A DNA stretch of 59,760 bases, the filler included. It is 3 parts of 3 records of this genome, joined end to end, with 100 filler letters (N's around TTAATTAATTAA, not from the genome) between each part and the next. Parts side by side here need not be neighbours in the genome. Positions count along the whole stretch, not along the records: positions 1 to 28,070 come from DRR378314_1980; 2 more parts are not named here. One strand, given 5' to 3'. The notes below the pieces were generated by a model, which was given only the letters and a program-made list of their open reading frames with translations, did no database searches and had not been told where the DNA came from. Position 1 is the stretch's first letter. Each line of letters opens with the position of its first letter. The translations under genes were made by a program, and so were the position numbers. Positions 1 through 13,200 of this stretch are shown here, one piece after another.

Positions 1-1440
1 TGTCCTGCCTTTGACAGAGCGACCGAGTGATCTCGTCCCCCAACACATGCGGCGATGGGAGGAAGGTCGTTCACTCGCCGCGGCAAAAAGCAGCTTCCGC
101 GCTTCAAATTCAGACCTAGCTGTCCGTGATCAGACCGGCCCCAGGCATACAGGGCGCCGTTGGCTGCACAAGGATTGCCCAACCGTAGGAGCGCGCGCAA
201 GTCGTGCCGCAAACGAAGGTCAGACGCGCGAGGAAGGCGGATTCACCCAGATGCGAGAGCCAAAAATCCCCTCGCTCCCACGTAGCGAACTTTGCGCCGC
301 CCCGAAAGATATATCACAGCGTTGTGCCTGAGGGTGAATCCAAATGGCGAAATTCGGTGTTGGGCAGTAGAAAGTGCTTGGAGGATGCGAAATGCCGTGC
401 AGCATGTCGCGTTTCGCACGACAGGATCGCATAGCCTGCGCACGCGCGCCATAGGGACAGACCCCATCGCGCCAGCGGGAACGTGGCGAGCGGGCATTTC
501 GTACCTGTTACGGCAAACGAATGGTAGCTTCCGCATGCAATATGGATCACGTCTTTTCCATCCAAGGATTTGATACGCTGCGGCAGGTTCTGTGACTTGT
601 CATCACCAAGCCCAAGCTGGCCATACTGAGACGACCCGCACGCGTACACGGCGCCGTCCTCTGGAGTCGATTCCAGAGCGCAGCAACAGAAAGCGTCGGC
701 ACACGCACAGGGGCGACACTCGGGTGCGTAACGCATGGAGATGTGCGCCTCAATCACTACGTTTTGCTTTATCTGTTTTTTTCTCTTGTTGCGCATACTG
801 CCACAGAACGGGCGCTCCCGAACCGGCCAGCCCGAGTTGTGCAACAGCCGCGCCGCTGTGCGCGCCGGAGCGAGCAAAACGTACCGCACAAAACCAATGT
901 ATGAGCGTTACCAACGGCAACCTCAATCACTTCCGCATGATCAGGTGGAAGTGCCATCGCAGTAGGCTCACTGGACCATTCACTAGTGCCGGTTCCAAGC
1001 TGACCGCTGGTACCGTCGCCAAACGCCAAGGTCCTGCGCGGCCGTTCTGCGCAGTCGCAGGTCATCGAAAGGACGCAGCGCACAGTCCACCGCTCCCGTT
1101 ATTGAAGCCCCGGCCGGGGTGCCCAATGGTGCGGCATATTCTTTTCGAGTCCAACGTTTCCGCAGCAACCAAGCCTTCGCTCTCATTGTAACAAATTGCA
1201 AGGAAGGAGACGGGGAATATTTCACTGCGCTGCGCAGCGCCCGAACCAGGAAAGGCCACCTCATCGAGGCGAACGCACCAGCAGTTACTACCACAGCGTG
1301 CCCGTCGCCGCAAGCCGCATACGCCACCTCAACGTCGCGGAGCGCAGTCACAAGAGCAGGGTCATCGTGGCTCGATGTGTCGGCTCCCAACCCAAGACGT
1401 CCTCCTTCGCCGCGTCCCCACGTCAGAAGATTTCCAGCAT
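1..1440 (-). CDS. RCC1-repeat (beta-propeller) protein, spliced, partial: the 3' end runs off the window and the 5' exons (probably up to ~2000-3000) are unresolved
   Basis: Exons 1440-1279, 1046-885, 660-505 and 163-<1 join in frame across GT-AG introns. They give RCC1 motifs: LLTWGRGEGGRLGLG...AACGDGHAVVV, AFGDGTSGQLGTG...AVGNAHTLVL, VYACGSSQYGQLGLG...IACGSYHSFAV, LYAWGRSDHGQLGL. Confidence 0.85.
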
Positions 1441-3113
1441 CTGTGGATATACATCATCGATGCAGGTTTTAGAAACGCAAAGCGGCGCGCGCTGAGATGA
1501 GGGCGGACACGCGTAGAAGCGCGCTGAGCAGCAGGAACGCACCACAGAGCCACAACTGAAGAGTCACGGTAGGCCTGCGGCCTCCACGAAGAATAAGAAA
1601 CCAAGGAAGCACGCAGCCACAGCACACAGTGCTTCCTTAAATTATAATACTATTATGCACATTTCTCTTCTCATAACCGGAAAGAGCAAGTTACAAACTT
1701 TCCCGGTCCAAACTCGTAGAGGAGACGCGCAAACGCAGCCCAACACAGCGGCACGAACAACAGGAAAGGCTACCTTGGCCCGTGCGCTGTCAGGCAGACG
1801 GACGCGACGCGGCATTTCGACAAGCGCCCGGCAAAACGAGCGGCAGCTTCGCTCGCGCCTCGAGCGTGATCTCCGGGATAAATCTCCAGAAGTGCCACAT
1901 TTTCACGCCCATTGAAACTATCTTGACCCCAAGTGGTCAGCGCCAGGGCATTCCGAAAGTAAAAGAGCGCATTAAATGCACTGCCAAGGTTGCAACGGTC
2001 GCGCAGCCAGCGCAGCGCCTCGGCGCCAGCCGTTACGCAGCGTGCAGGTCTGCGAAGCGCCGTCAGCGCACAGAGCTCGAGGGAATATTTGCGGCAAATA
2101 CCACCGCCACCGAAACCAAAGAATTCGCTAGCTCTACGAATAATGAACCGATGTACTGCTATGCCAACAAGTCGCGCACGAAAAGGCCCTCCTCACTCCA
2201 TTCTGGAGGAGGGCTACAGGTACCGACAGCACACGAGTGCCGACAGCGGCCCGCTGGCGTGCCAGAGCCAACGCGCTCGCAGTGCAGCACGCAGCGGGCA
2301 GTGCGCGCGCACGAGCGTTCCACGTTACCCGGCGCTAGCAACTGACCTCCCGACCAACCAGCGACTTCTTCCATGTTGTATTACCCGTTGGACTTGATCT
2401 CCCACGACTGTTCACAAAAGGACCTGAGAAAGTGCGTGGGAAAGAATTCAGCAGGAAGGGGAAGAAGCACTGCGGCACTGCTCCAGCCGTCGCGTTGCGT
2501 ACTCCAGCGCAAATCCAGCTTGCTGCCGGGGCGTCGCAGTGACGAACCTGTGCGCAGTCCAGCGGCGGCCGGTCGGCCAACCCCTTTCGCCAGCCAGATC
2601 CCGTGCTCGTCGACGACCAGGTATTCCATAACCCTACTGTGAGGAAGTGCCGCGAAAAGACGCAGGGCAACCGCGCGCCCGTGCTATGCGCGCTCGCGTG
2701 TAGCGGCACACAAGCCTGTTCCATCCCTCCTCCAGGAACGGGACGGCCCCGTTGCGCGCGATAGAGACAGTTGCACACGACCTGCGCGAAGTTGCGCGAG
2801 AGGTGGCGTGTTGTTACATCCCTCGCGCGCGTATGCTTTGTACAACTTCGTCTGCGCGTGGGGACAGGCAACGTGCGTCGATAGTCGCCGCGTCTGCTTG
2901 GCTGAAGTACCGGCCTCTCAGTAGCCCGCAGTTTCACGCCTGACGGCCCCGTCCGCCTCGTTCCCTGTTGTGTTTCACCCTTACTGGTCATAAACGGCAT
3001 CACTTGCTAAATATTGCAAAGAAACGAATAGAAGCACCGGGGTGCCGAAGGACGCCAGTTCAGTACGAGCCTGCGCGGTACCGTGGAAGTCCGTAAGGCA
3101 CGTTCGACGTTCC

Positions 3114-6100
3114 ATGCACCCGGCCTGGCTGTGGCGTGCTGCGCTGCGCGCTGTCCTGGTCCTTCCCTCGCTGCTCTGGGTATCAGCCATTGCTCGGCGT
3201 AGACCCGCGGAACTCCGGCGAATATGGAAGGTATGATACACACGTGTGCATCCCCATTTTTTTCCTGTCAGCTGGAGAGCTCTCGTTAGTGTCGGGTGTG
3301 AAAGGTCATATGCTTCTTCGGTTTCGCTCTCGCTTGCGGAGCCCCGTGTTCAACGCAAGTACAGTGATACGGCAGCCAACTCGCGCGCAGTACAGCTTGG
3401 ACTGACTCGCAGGCTCTGTATCTCTCTCGCTCTGTCTCTCGCGCGCTCCTTCCCCAGCACCGCGGTATCTTCGGCGTGTGCACAGCTCTACAGGCAGCTT
3501 TCGCAGGAGTTTTACTGGGGTACATGCTCTTCGACGACATTGTTGCGGCCCTTTTTCTCCCCGCGCTGGCGTTCGCGTGGATCGCCCGCGTCAAGCTGGA
3601 CCAGGACCTGTATGTGCGTTTCGCTCGATGCCTCGACGAGTCCGAAGCGACAAGGCTGTCTGCACAAGCGGTCCCTTCCTTCACATGCTGCGGGCACGAA
3701 CCTAGAGGTGCAACTTACCTGTGCATTTTCTTTCTTCCTTTTGGTTTTTCGTGCAGCATCCGGATGGAATGATCCGTGTAGATTCACAAACCGCTGTGGT
3801 GCTAGGCGGAGCGAGCGGCGTGGGACTCGAGACAGCGCGCGGCCTTGCGTTGCTGGGAGCGAGAGTCTACGTGTGCGACGTGGCCGAGTGGCTTGCAGAG
3901 GCGGCAGCAATGATTATCACTGCAGAGTGCCCATCTGCCGATGTGCGTACCTGTACGCTGGATCCTCAAGACGCAAGTTCTCTCGAGCAATGTGTTCGCC
4001 GTATCAAAAAGGCCGAAAGCCGCGTCGATATGATTGTATTTTCCGCAACAGACGCGGAAAGTAGCAATTCAAGGTGCTTCTTCTGCCTCACCCCGACCCG
4101 ATAGCGTGCTGTTCCTTGTATTCGCTCCATGTTGATGCATGTCTCACAACAGCGCAGCTGGAGCCACTCAGTTGCAATGCGCGTCGACATGCATATACGT
4201 TCACATGTGTCGGTGCTGCATGCTGCCTGTTGCACGTAAACGGGGCTCACTGCAGTGCCCTGCGCGAGCTGCGGCGCATAGTCGTCGTGGGATGCCGGTT
4301 GGATTCGTCACACGCCGAAGCGTGGGCTGCTCGCTCTCCCGTCCCTCCCCGTACAGGGACTCCTATTACCTGTGGCGCCCTGCTTTCGTGGAACGGACTA
4401 TTTTTGATGATAGTACAGCCCTACTTAAGATGGAAGATCAATGCATCGCAAGTGAGTGCTGACTCTTGCCTCGCCCTGTGGACGATGTTTCTGCGGCTTT
4501 CGATGTGCTGCAGCAGCGATAAGGACAGGCTGATGCACAGCTACCTTTCGTTCGCATGCTCGCTCCGGCAATTATTAGATGCCGCTGCCCCAGCTCGCAT
4601 TGTAACGGTACTCTCTGATTCGCAAGAGATCGAGAGGTGCGTCCAACATGATCTGTATCACTGGGAAATTTTGCTGCCCATAAAGTGCTGCTTGTTCCTG
4701 CGCGTGCGCTGGCGAAGAGAAAGGAGAGACAGGGGGAAATAAGTAGTGTATGGTACATCCACTACTCCCGCGCTCCTTGTACTTCCTTCCGGCTGACCTT
4801 GTGGCAAGTTGCGCAAGGATGATTGTGTTTTGTTCTCTCACCTTTGGATGGTGCGATTGTACGCACGCACTACCATATTGCTGACCGTTTGCTTGCACTG
4901 CACTTTGGCCTGAGATAGGATGGAAGTTCGCATCGAGGAAGATGGCTGCACGAGCGCTGGCGACTCTCCGCAGAATTGGCCGCGAAATCGAGCGACGACG
5001 AAAGCACTGGCAGACTATATCGAAGCAAAATCTCTGTTAGCTGAAGGTACAGCAACGTCAGTTCAGTTGTTCGCACTTGTGTTCTCTCGCGCAATAATAA
5101 TAATAATAATAGAATCTCAAATGAGAAACTCGCCTCTATCCGTGCTGTTGAATGCCCAACCCATGATCTGTGTTGCTGTACCTCGAATGGGTGCAGCTGG
5201 GTGCGAGTTTGTAACAGTCCTGGTTCCGCAAACCAGTGCATACGATTTGTCGAGCAACCACGCGCCAACAGGTAAGCTTGTATTCTTTCCGGCGAACAGA
5301 GCACAGTGCCGCGTGGGACGGTGCGAACACAAACGCCCTTGGCCGAACGCTGCCCTGGACGTGGGCCAGTCTCTTGAATGCTGCCGTGAAAGCGTGTGAG
5401 AACGTACTGTCCGCTTCTCTTTATTTTATTTTTTTGGAAGTAGTATGTGTAGCACTCTCCTCTGCAGTTGCTGAGGTACATACGGACGGGGTAAAAAAGA
5501 CTGCTGGAAAGCTCGTTTTTCCATTCGCCGGTGGGTACTCTTTGTAGACATCATACTGCGCGCATGCACGAACCGGTCGTGCAAGTTGCTCTTGTTCGTG
5601 CAGTTCCAATAGACCGTGCGCAAATGAAACAAACCTTTTAGTTTATGAGATTCTTGTCGCGCTTGTATTCGGTCGCTCTCGTTTTGCAGCTGGGTACATT
5701 CCACTCATCAATTCCATCGACCAGTTTATTGCCCGTATTGGCATGTTGACCCGCTCTGACAGAGACGTACGTTTGCGTCGAGCGTGTCGGCGCTGTAGAT
5801 TCCATTCGTGCTTTGCAGTACCTCTGGCTCCGCCGCATGGTAGCACATAGCAGTGCGTGGTATCCAAGCGTACAAACGCCTGTACTGACGCTTCGCTTGC
5901 CACTTTCCTTGCAGCAATCGAGAGAGGTCGTGCAGGCGTGCATCGATTATAGGACGGACAACGCGGGAGGGAGTTTTGCCCGTTCATCACTCTCACGAAG
6001 ACGCCAATCTGCCTCGGCGGGGGTTGTATCTGCCCTTCAATCTACGCCGCACGAGTGCACAGTCGACACATTGGGAAATCCTATTGCGTTTCGTGGAGAT

Positions 6101-7081
6101 GGAGATATACTCGCCGTTGATCCAGGTAGGCTCGCCATTGGAAGCTACAATGCCAGCTAGGTGGCATCGTGATGGTTGCGTCCCAAGACAGCGAGTGCGC
6201 ATTGCAAAGCATGCCGTGCCGCTCTTGGCCGCTGCGACCGCTCCCATTTGTACACCGCAGATGAGGTGGTTTTGCGCTCTTTTGACCCTGATCGTACCGA
6301 GAAGGCAACCTGGTGTTTCGGGAAGAAGCGCCAAATTGCTACCGAAAGGTGCCGCGTTCCCTTGATCGCGCTGTGCAAGCGGGGGCGGTATTTGGCTGTG
6401 GGCTGTCGCCGTGCTCGGAGTCGGTGCGTTGCGTATTCCTGTATGCTGCCCAATATACTGATGTGATCATTTGCTTTCCGCGTGTGCTTCGTACAGTACC
6501 TCTGCTTTTCTTTCGAAAAACGAAAGACGATTAAATCGAAAGGCAATTCTAATAAATGCGCGCGCCAAGCCAAGCAATTCGCCCTGAGCGCGTAAAGGAG
6601 TGCGTGCCCAAGTGCCAGTTTGTGCACTATGAATTGATCGCACTGGCAAGTTTTATATCCGTATCTTCTTGTCTACGCACGAATATCATGTACGCGCAAC
6701 GAGGGGAGAAAATGAAACGGTGTACAGATTCCAACACATACTATATTTTCTTTAAAAGAAATTTGAGAAATGACAGGAAGTGCTTGCCGGACTGTTTTCC
6801 CGGTAAGCCCCATCGCCACCAAATACTTGGCATAGTGGGCGTTTACGTCATTCTTCGGACGCAGCCAACGAATATCTCCCCCCCCAAAAGAAATCATAGC
6901 TTACGGTACGCTTTCCTCCTATAACTCGAGCCGCACGCGGCGGCAAAGAGTGTCTGGGCTCATCGACCGTGTATCCGGCAGTGAGCACGGCGCTCTCAAG
7001 GACAGCCCGTTTCACCTTGCAGAGGTCGAAGGACTGGCAAACGGGGAAGCGCGCCGCAAAGGACTGCGGATAGGGCTATGA
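3114..7081 (+). CDS. Short-chain dehydrogenase/reductase (RDH-like) with hydrophobic N-terminal segments, tentative 11-exon model
   Basis: Phase-consistent exons 3114-3230, 3458-3613, 3757-4073, 4517-4636, 4919-5046, 5113-5271, 5690-5766, 5915-6125, 6261-6348, 6777-6802, 7023-7081. Motifs: Rossmann AVVLGGASGVGLETARGLALLGARV, ARIVTVLS, and YxxxK (YIEAK). The last exons are less certain. Confidence 0.65.
5093..5110 (+). repeat. (AAT)6 microsatellite directly before a splice acceptor
   Basis: AATAATAATAATAATAAT followed by AG at 5111-5112. Confidence 0.9.
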
Positions 7082-7264
7082 CTCCTCCCCTCCTACACTG
7101 CAGCGAATGCCGGACCTGGCGACCGCGGACCAGCAATCACGAGCGGAATGGAGATCTTAGCCCTACCACCCGGCATCAAGGGCAGAGCAGCCCGCTGCAA
7201 GAGGATGCAGGCTGCGGGCCGGCCTCGCGCGCGCCAGCGATCCTACTACCAAACGCAGTGCGCC

Positions 7265-9810
7265 ATGGGACAGAACCAGTCGCGCGAGGCCGTGTCGCCC
7301 ACGGGGCCGGAACAGGCCCCGACGCGCGTGGATAAAGATGTTCTTGATGCTGCTGCACGCGCAGGTCCTGGCTCTGCACCTCGAACTGCCGGTGCGATGC
7401 CCGTGCCGATTGTGGCGCCGCACATGCACCGGCGTGACGGCGGCACCGATCCGCATAGCGCCGGCGCGGCACGCAGCGGTGCGTTCACGCGCGCCCCGCT
7501 CCCGCGGCGACGACGCCGCGCACGACACCAGCAGCCGGCGCCAAACGCGAACCGCTCTCGCGCGCTTGTCGACCAACGGGGATCTTGTAGCGCTCGTAAC
7601 CTTTTCGTACTGCCGTAATTGACGTAAGATAATTTGCCCGTGTCGCTGCGCTTCGCCTTATGCGGCATGTCCGGCCCCGTGTGCGACCTCGTTTTCTGCT
7701 GTCGCAGTCGAGGAGGCATTTCCGTACCTGAGCGGCGACAGCGGGTCGCCAAAGCGGAGGCGGCGCAGCTCGGGCTCGGCGGTGGACGCATTCGGACCGC
7801 ACGAGCTCTCTGTTCCCAGCGAAGAGCTTCCTGCCGCACTCAGAGAAGGCACAGAAGAAGGAGCGACTTCAGGAGAGAAAGTAGAGACAGAGTTCGTATG
7901 GCGCCACGGCGGGAGGAGCGTCATCGTGGTCGGCTTTTCTGCAGGGTGGCGCGATCAGGTCGAGCTCGACGAGGACGAAAACGGCATTTTCCGCGGTACT
8001 GCCTCGCTTCCTCCTGGCAATTTCGAGGTGCGGCGCACGCTGCATGCGCGCGGGCGCAAGTGTTTCTGTTTCTTTTTTTCGTGGAAGGAGGGTTCTTTAG
8101 CGAGCGCAAAAGCACTTCGTTTGCGTGACTCGTTCGTCGATGTTCGCTATTGTTTCCTTGGCCTCACGCAGTACGAGTTCCTTGTGGACGGCGTGCCGAA
8201 ATGCGCGCCGGAGTACCCGCGGAAGAAAATCGTACGTTTCATGCAGGCCGCTAGCACTCGTGTGCGCTGTCGCTGCCTCCGATTTCATGCGCAAGCGTGC
8301 TTCAATTGTACCGCAAACCGAGGATTATTGCTATTGTTTCTTTTAAAAATGCCTGGTGTTGCTACTGCTGCTGCGGCTGGGCCTCGCTGGGCGCTGTGCA
8401 TTTGCAGAAGGGCTCGCGAGCGGCGACGCTCGGGACGCCCGAGTGCAACGTCGTCCGCGTCGACTCGAGCGTCGGTGATCTCGGGAGCAAATTGGCGCGC
8501 GTACTTCGGCATGACGGAGATCCAGCCGGCGGTGTCAAACCGGAAGATTTTGGGAATACAGCAACGTTCTCTGACGTTTATGTACGTAGGGAGCGCGCTG
8601 GGGAGCAAGCGCGCGTGGGAACCCAAGCCCGCAGCGGCGAATTGCACATATATATTTCCTTTCCCCGCGAATAGCAGGACGCGTGCAGTGCGGCGCCATT
8701 GCAGTACGCTTCTGCCTGTCGTGCTGTAGGAATACTGCTGATATTTGCCGTTTGCGGACCATGCACCACGTATGCTGCGCTGCGCCCTGATCGTTTACCG
8801 TTGTTACGTGTGCGTGCACGAAGGGACACGCTTGCGCGCGCCGCTCCGAGCGCGCCACCGTCAGGCAAGCTCGTCCGACAGCACCTCGTGCCGAGGAGCG
8901 ATTCCGTCCTCACTTGGCTCGCTACCGTTCGTGGATGTAGAATCAATACCGCGACAAGCAAGGCAACCCGGCAAAAGGACCCCCTCAGGTTCCCCCGCAT
9001 TTGAACAATGCTGTGCTCAACAGTCGCCCTGGAACAGAGGTACGCCGGAGGCGTCTCAGTAGCGTCGCGCGCAAGTCGCTCACATTGCAGGCGGCGCTAC
9101 TTGCACGCAACGGAACGGCCAGACTGCAGTGACTGTCGGCGTGGACGCGTCGCCAGATGCCTGCGCTGAATTGTGCACGAATACTCGCACTTGCCAACTT
9201 GACTGCCCAGAGAGTAATGCGTTTTTTTTTGGGGGGGGGAAGGGAAAAGGGCATTGGTAGTGCGATTTGTCTATTCGTCGCAGCGCGGTGCTGCAACCTG
9301 AGCTTCACGGTGACAAACGTGCAGATCTCCCGTAACAGAGCAACTCGATTATTCGCGTGCGTGGCCGCTAGCTCGGCGCAGGGCTCCGTTTTGATGTAAC
9401 CTTGTTTCCGGTGTGCTTGTGGTTGCGCTCCGCTCTTGTATGTAGGAGCCGACGGCTCTTCCTGTGCCTAGCCACGTAACAATTAACCACGTGTACTTTC
9501 GGCGGCGGCCCGATCTGTACAACGATCCCGGCCGCGTGATGATTCTCGGGACGACGGTATGTTTGGGGGAAATGCGCGATGCTTCGTCGATGGTATTCGC
9601 GTGGAGCAGGCCCCGCAGTGTTCGTAGCGGGGTAGGAGTGCAAAAAGTCAGTGTACACAGCTTGTGAGTTCGCTGACGAGTATGAGGCGGCACGATTGGG
9701 GCGTACTTGCGCGCAAACGCTACATTATGGCGACGCAGCGGCGATTCCAGATCTCCGGAGGCTCGTCGAAGTACATTACGTCGGTGCTGTACAAGCCGAC
9801 GGACCGATAG
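7265..9810 (+). CDS. AMPK/SNF1 kinase beta subunit (CBM48-type + ASC domain), 7 exons, ~349 aa
   Basis: Exons 7265-7478, 7708-8027, 8172-8231, 8408-8581, 8941-9039, 9446-9556, 9739-9810 are in frame. Motifs: myristoylation-type MGQNQS, CBM FVWRHGGRSVIVVG..W...YEFLVDG, ASC motifs PPQVPPHL, LPVPSHVTINHVY and KYITSVLYKP. Confidence 0.92.
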
Positions 9811-10258
9811 CCGCCAACGACATCCACAGCGTCTCTGGCTGCCAGATTGTATACAAGGCATTCGTGTTGCAGTCGTGGGACCGAATGATTTGACATGATT
9901 TATATTTCCAAGCTTTGGCAAGCCATGGCTATCATCAATGTATGAAAGAGTGGGGGCTACGTTTGGGCGACTCGCGTGTTCTAGCAATAGCGGACTCGCT
10001 GTGCGCACGCAGCGCACCCCATCAACCTACCTGCGCTACTCTACGATGAACGGGGCCTCTGCACCCGTGAAGCAAAGTCATTCATTCATGTTTCTTCCTA
10101 CAGCAGATTCCCGGACGAGCCGGGGAGCGAGCAGGCTGCGCAAAAGGGGTTGCCGCGCGCGCAAGAATGCACCGGCAGCCAGAGCGCGGTAGAGCACCTC
10201 GGCGCGAAGCCGACGGCACCGCACCGAATCCGAGCGTTTATCCGTGTTGAATGCACGA

Positions 10259-13200
10259 CTACTCCGTGTTGCGTTGACTCTGTTTCTCGTACAGCTCTTT
10301 TCCGTAGGTGTGCACTTCGTCGAGAAACACAGCGAGTTGCTCTGGCGTGTGCTGCGGAGTCATCCCGTGCCCGAGATTGACAATGTGCCTCTACAGAGAA
10401 CAGCAGGCCGCGGAGTGTCAACTCCATACAGCTTAGCCTGGGGCCAACACACCGATGCGAAGATGAACAAATCGTCATTGCAGGATAATTCTATATAAAA
10501 ATGGAATGTATTGCAATCCTAAAAAAAGAAACAACTGTAATACAGCATGACAAACAGACATGGTACAGCGAAAAAGCACGTACGGGAGATGTGGACCGAC
10601 TGTTCTGCACAGCTCCTTTCCCACACCCCGGTTTCGGTTCGCTAGGTACTTCGCAATGTATATTTCCTCCGTATCGTACAAAGTTTGCAAAATTTGTCCA
10701 CATTCATCGTACCATTCTTACAAAAAATCATATTTCAATGTACATGAACCGCGCAGAGGCTGCTATGTGAACGCACCTGTGGGCCAAAGTCATCGAGCAT
10801 CCGCCGGACGCGCGCGCGAACAGCTTCTTCGTTTCCAAAGAGCGCGCTGGGATCAAGGTTCCCCTGCAATGATATGGTCCTCTGACCACGACGAGACTAC
10901 AGCATGACATAATTCGAGCAAGGTGGAGATATTGAGTGACAATAACCGCAGTTCCACCAACGACTTTGAAGCAACAACTGCAACGCGCACGAGCAGCCGG
11001 TACCGCTATTCCTGCGAACCATCATGGTCTCTGTGCCGCTTTTATCCTCGTACATATGATTGCCATCAAACAAGCAAGGAAACGCACACACGTAGAGCTG
11101 ATCCACACAGCACCTACTGGGTCACGTTGCTATCCTTTACGGAATCTACATCGTCTCGAACTGAGGCAGCATACGCACGGGGCTCGCCGAGCAGTCCGCT
11201 TTCGAACGCAACTACCGTACCCGATCGCGTGCTTCTGCCGCTGCGACGATCCAGTCCACCCCCGCAACATCGAATCCCCAAGAAGCAGCCATGTCAATCG
11301 CATGGGGGGCACCCTTTGCAAAAAGAATGAGCGGAATGTCGTTGCCAAACTCATCTCGCACTCTACGCGTAATAATTTCAAGACATGGGGCGCAGAACTC
11401 GCGATACGTCTCCACAGAGAGATCTCCTGCCCACGAGTCGAATACCTATACTTGCGCAACGGAGCAAAACCAGCAACCATGAGTGAGGAAACGCGACGCG
11501 AGATATCCAAAAGAGGAAAACCACGTCGTCAGGCACTTTGTGAAAACGATCTCTACAGCGAAATAAATACGGAGAGCACGCGGAAATTCCACACGGGGAA
11601 GAGAGCCAATACAGCACCCATGCCCGAACGTCCGACGAGACGCTCATTGTCTCTCGCAAACCAGAGGCTACCGTTCAGGACTGCACAGCACCCACAATAC
11701 TAATGCCGAAGCGAAAGAGCTTATTCGTGGTGACAAATCATATCGGGGAAAAGAAATACGACGAACCTGCAAGGCGTGTGCACCGGCACGCGCCTGCCCG
11801 ACTAGAAATTCTCCGATTGCAACGGCAAGACGGCGAAGGAGCTTCTTCGCAGCATCTGGATACTCGTAAATCCAGCGTTTACTACGTGAGAAAGTCTTGG
11901 CACCCTTCCCTTCAATCATATATGCCATGAGAGTCCACGGGGCACCTGTGAACATGACAGGGAAACATTCACAAACATTAACCTTCTGGCAGCAAATGCA
12001 ACGTTTTCCAGAACCGATGGATGCACCGCCCCAGGCACTTCACGCGGACAACACAAAGCAGGAGGCGCATCAACGCGCATGAAGTAGCAATATACCCTAC
12101 CACTTCATCGCACGGGTAGCACTTAGGAGCGTACTTGCCGTCGCAAATCTAAAACCGGACATGACGACGTGAACAGCAAACTTGCACAAAGTGACCGCGC
12201 AGCAAGGTTCTTCCAACTCTCTCCAACGCCGCGCGACCTCCGCCGCAGGCAGGTATTCCATGAAGAGTATTCGAGGCACGTTCTTGTATGCTGATTTGGT
12301 CTCAACTCGACTGGATGTTCACTGTGTGTGGAATCCAGGCGGGATGCACAAAACTGCTTCCTATGTGCTGCAGTCATTCCGTACCAGCGAAGCCGATGAG
12401 AGGGCACCTTCCAGCCATCTTCTCCTTGGTAAGCCGGATCGCGTCGTACACGTACGCGAGCTGCTCATGCACGAGAGACCGCGTCTTTTCATCGTCATCT
12501 TGGATCGCAAGGGAATCGAGCTGTAAACCGTGGTGGCAAAGCACGCGCGGTGCACGCCTTGTGCACGCGTGAGTACTGCAGTAGTGCGAAAACTTTCCAG
12601 TAATAATCTCCCAAAGCGCGCGGCAGCAGCTGTACCAGACTGCTCTGCACATATACAGTCACTGCTCAGCATGAAGCGCGTGGACCGATTTCTGATCGCG
12701 AGGCAACAAACACCAACGTCGCGCATACGCCCCCCCCCAAAAAAAGAAGAAGCACGCGTTCAACCTCTGCGGAAGGGAACGCCGACGAGTACACCCCTAC
12801 TCCGCTTTGCTCTTGTAACGACAGCTGTTCCACCGCAGATGAAGTCGCCAGATGGCGGCAAAGACGTACGTCGGAGGGTTCCTGTAGAGGCTTTTGAAAT
12901 ACTGGGCCGACGGCAGGGACCATATCGATGGCCATTCCAAACACCTGCACGATGGAAGGAGCGGGAACCGAAAGACATCCATTTCACAAACCCACGCATA
13001 CACGAGCAAAAGGACAGACAAGTTGCCGAACTAACACGTGAGAATACAAGAGGCATAAAAAAGTGCGGCTGGGAATCTATAGAGATGCAACGATGTGTAC
13101 AAATGTCGAGAGGGCGGTGGTTAAGCACACGCGCTCGTAGCGCTGGCACGAAAGGAAGGCGAAGGACGGAGCCTTTGCGCCGCGCAGCCGTACCTGCGGA

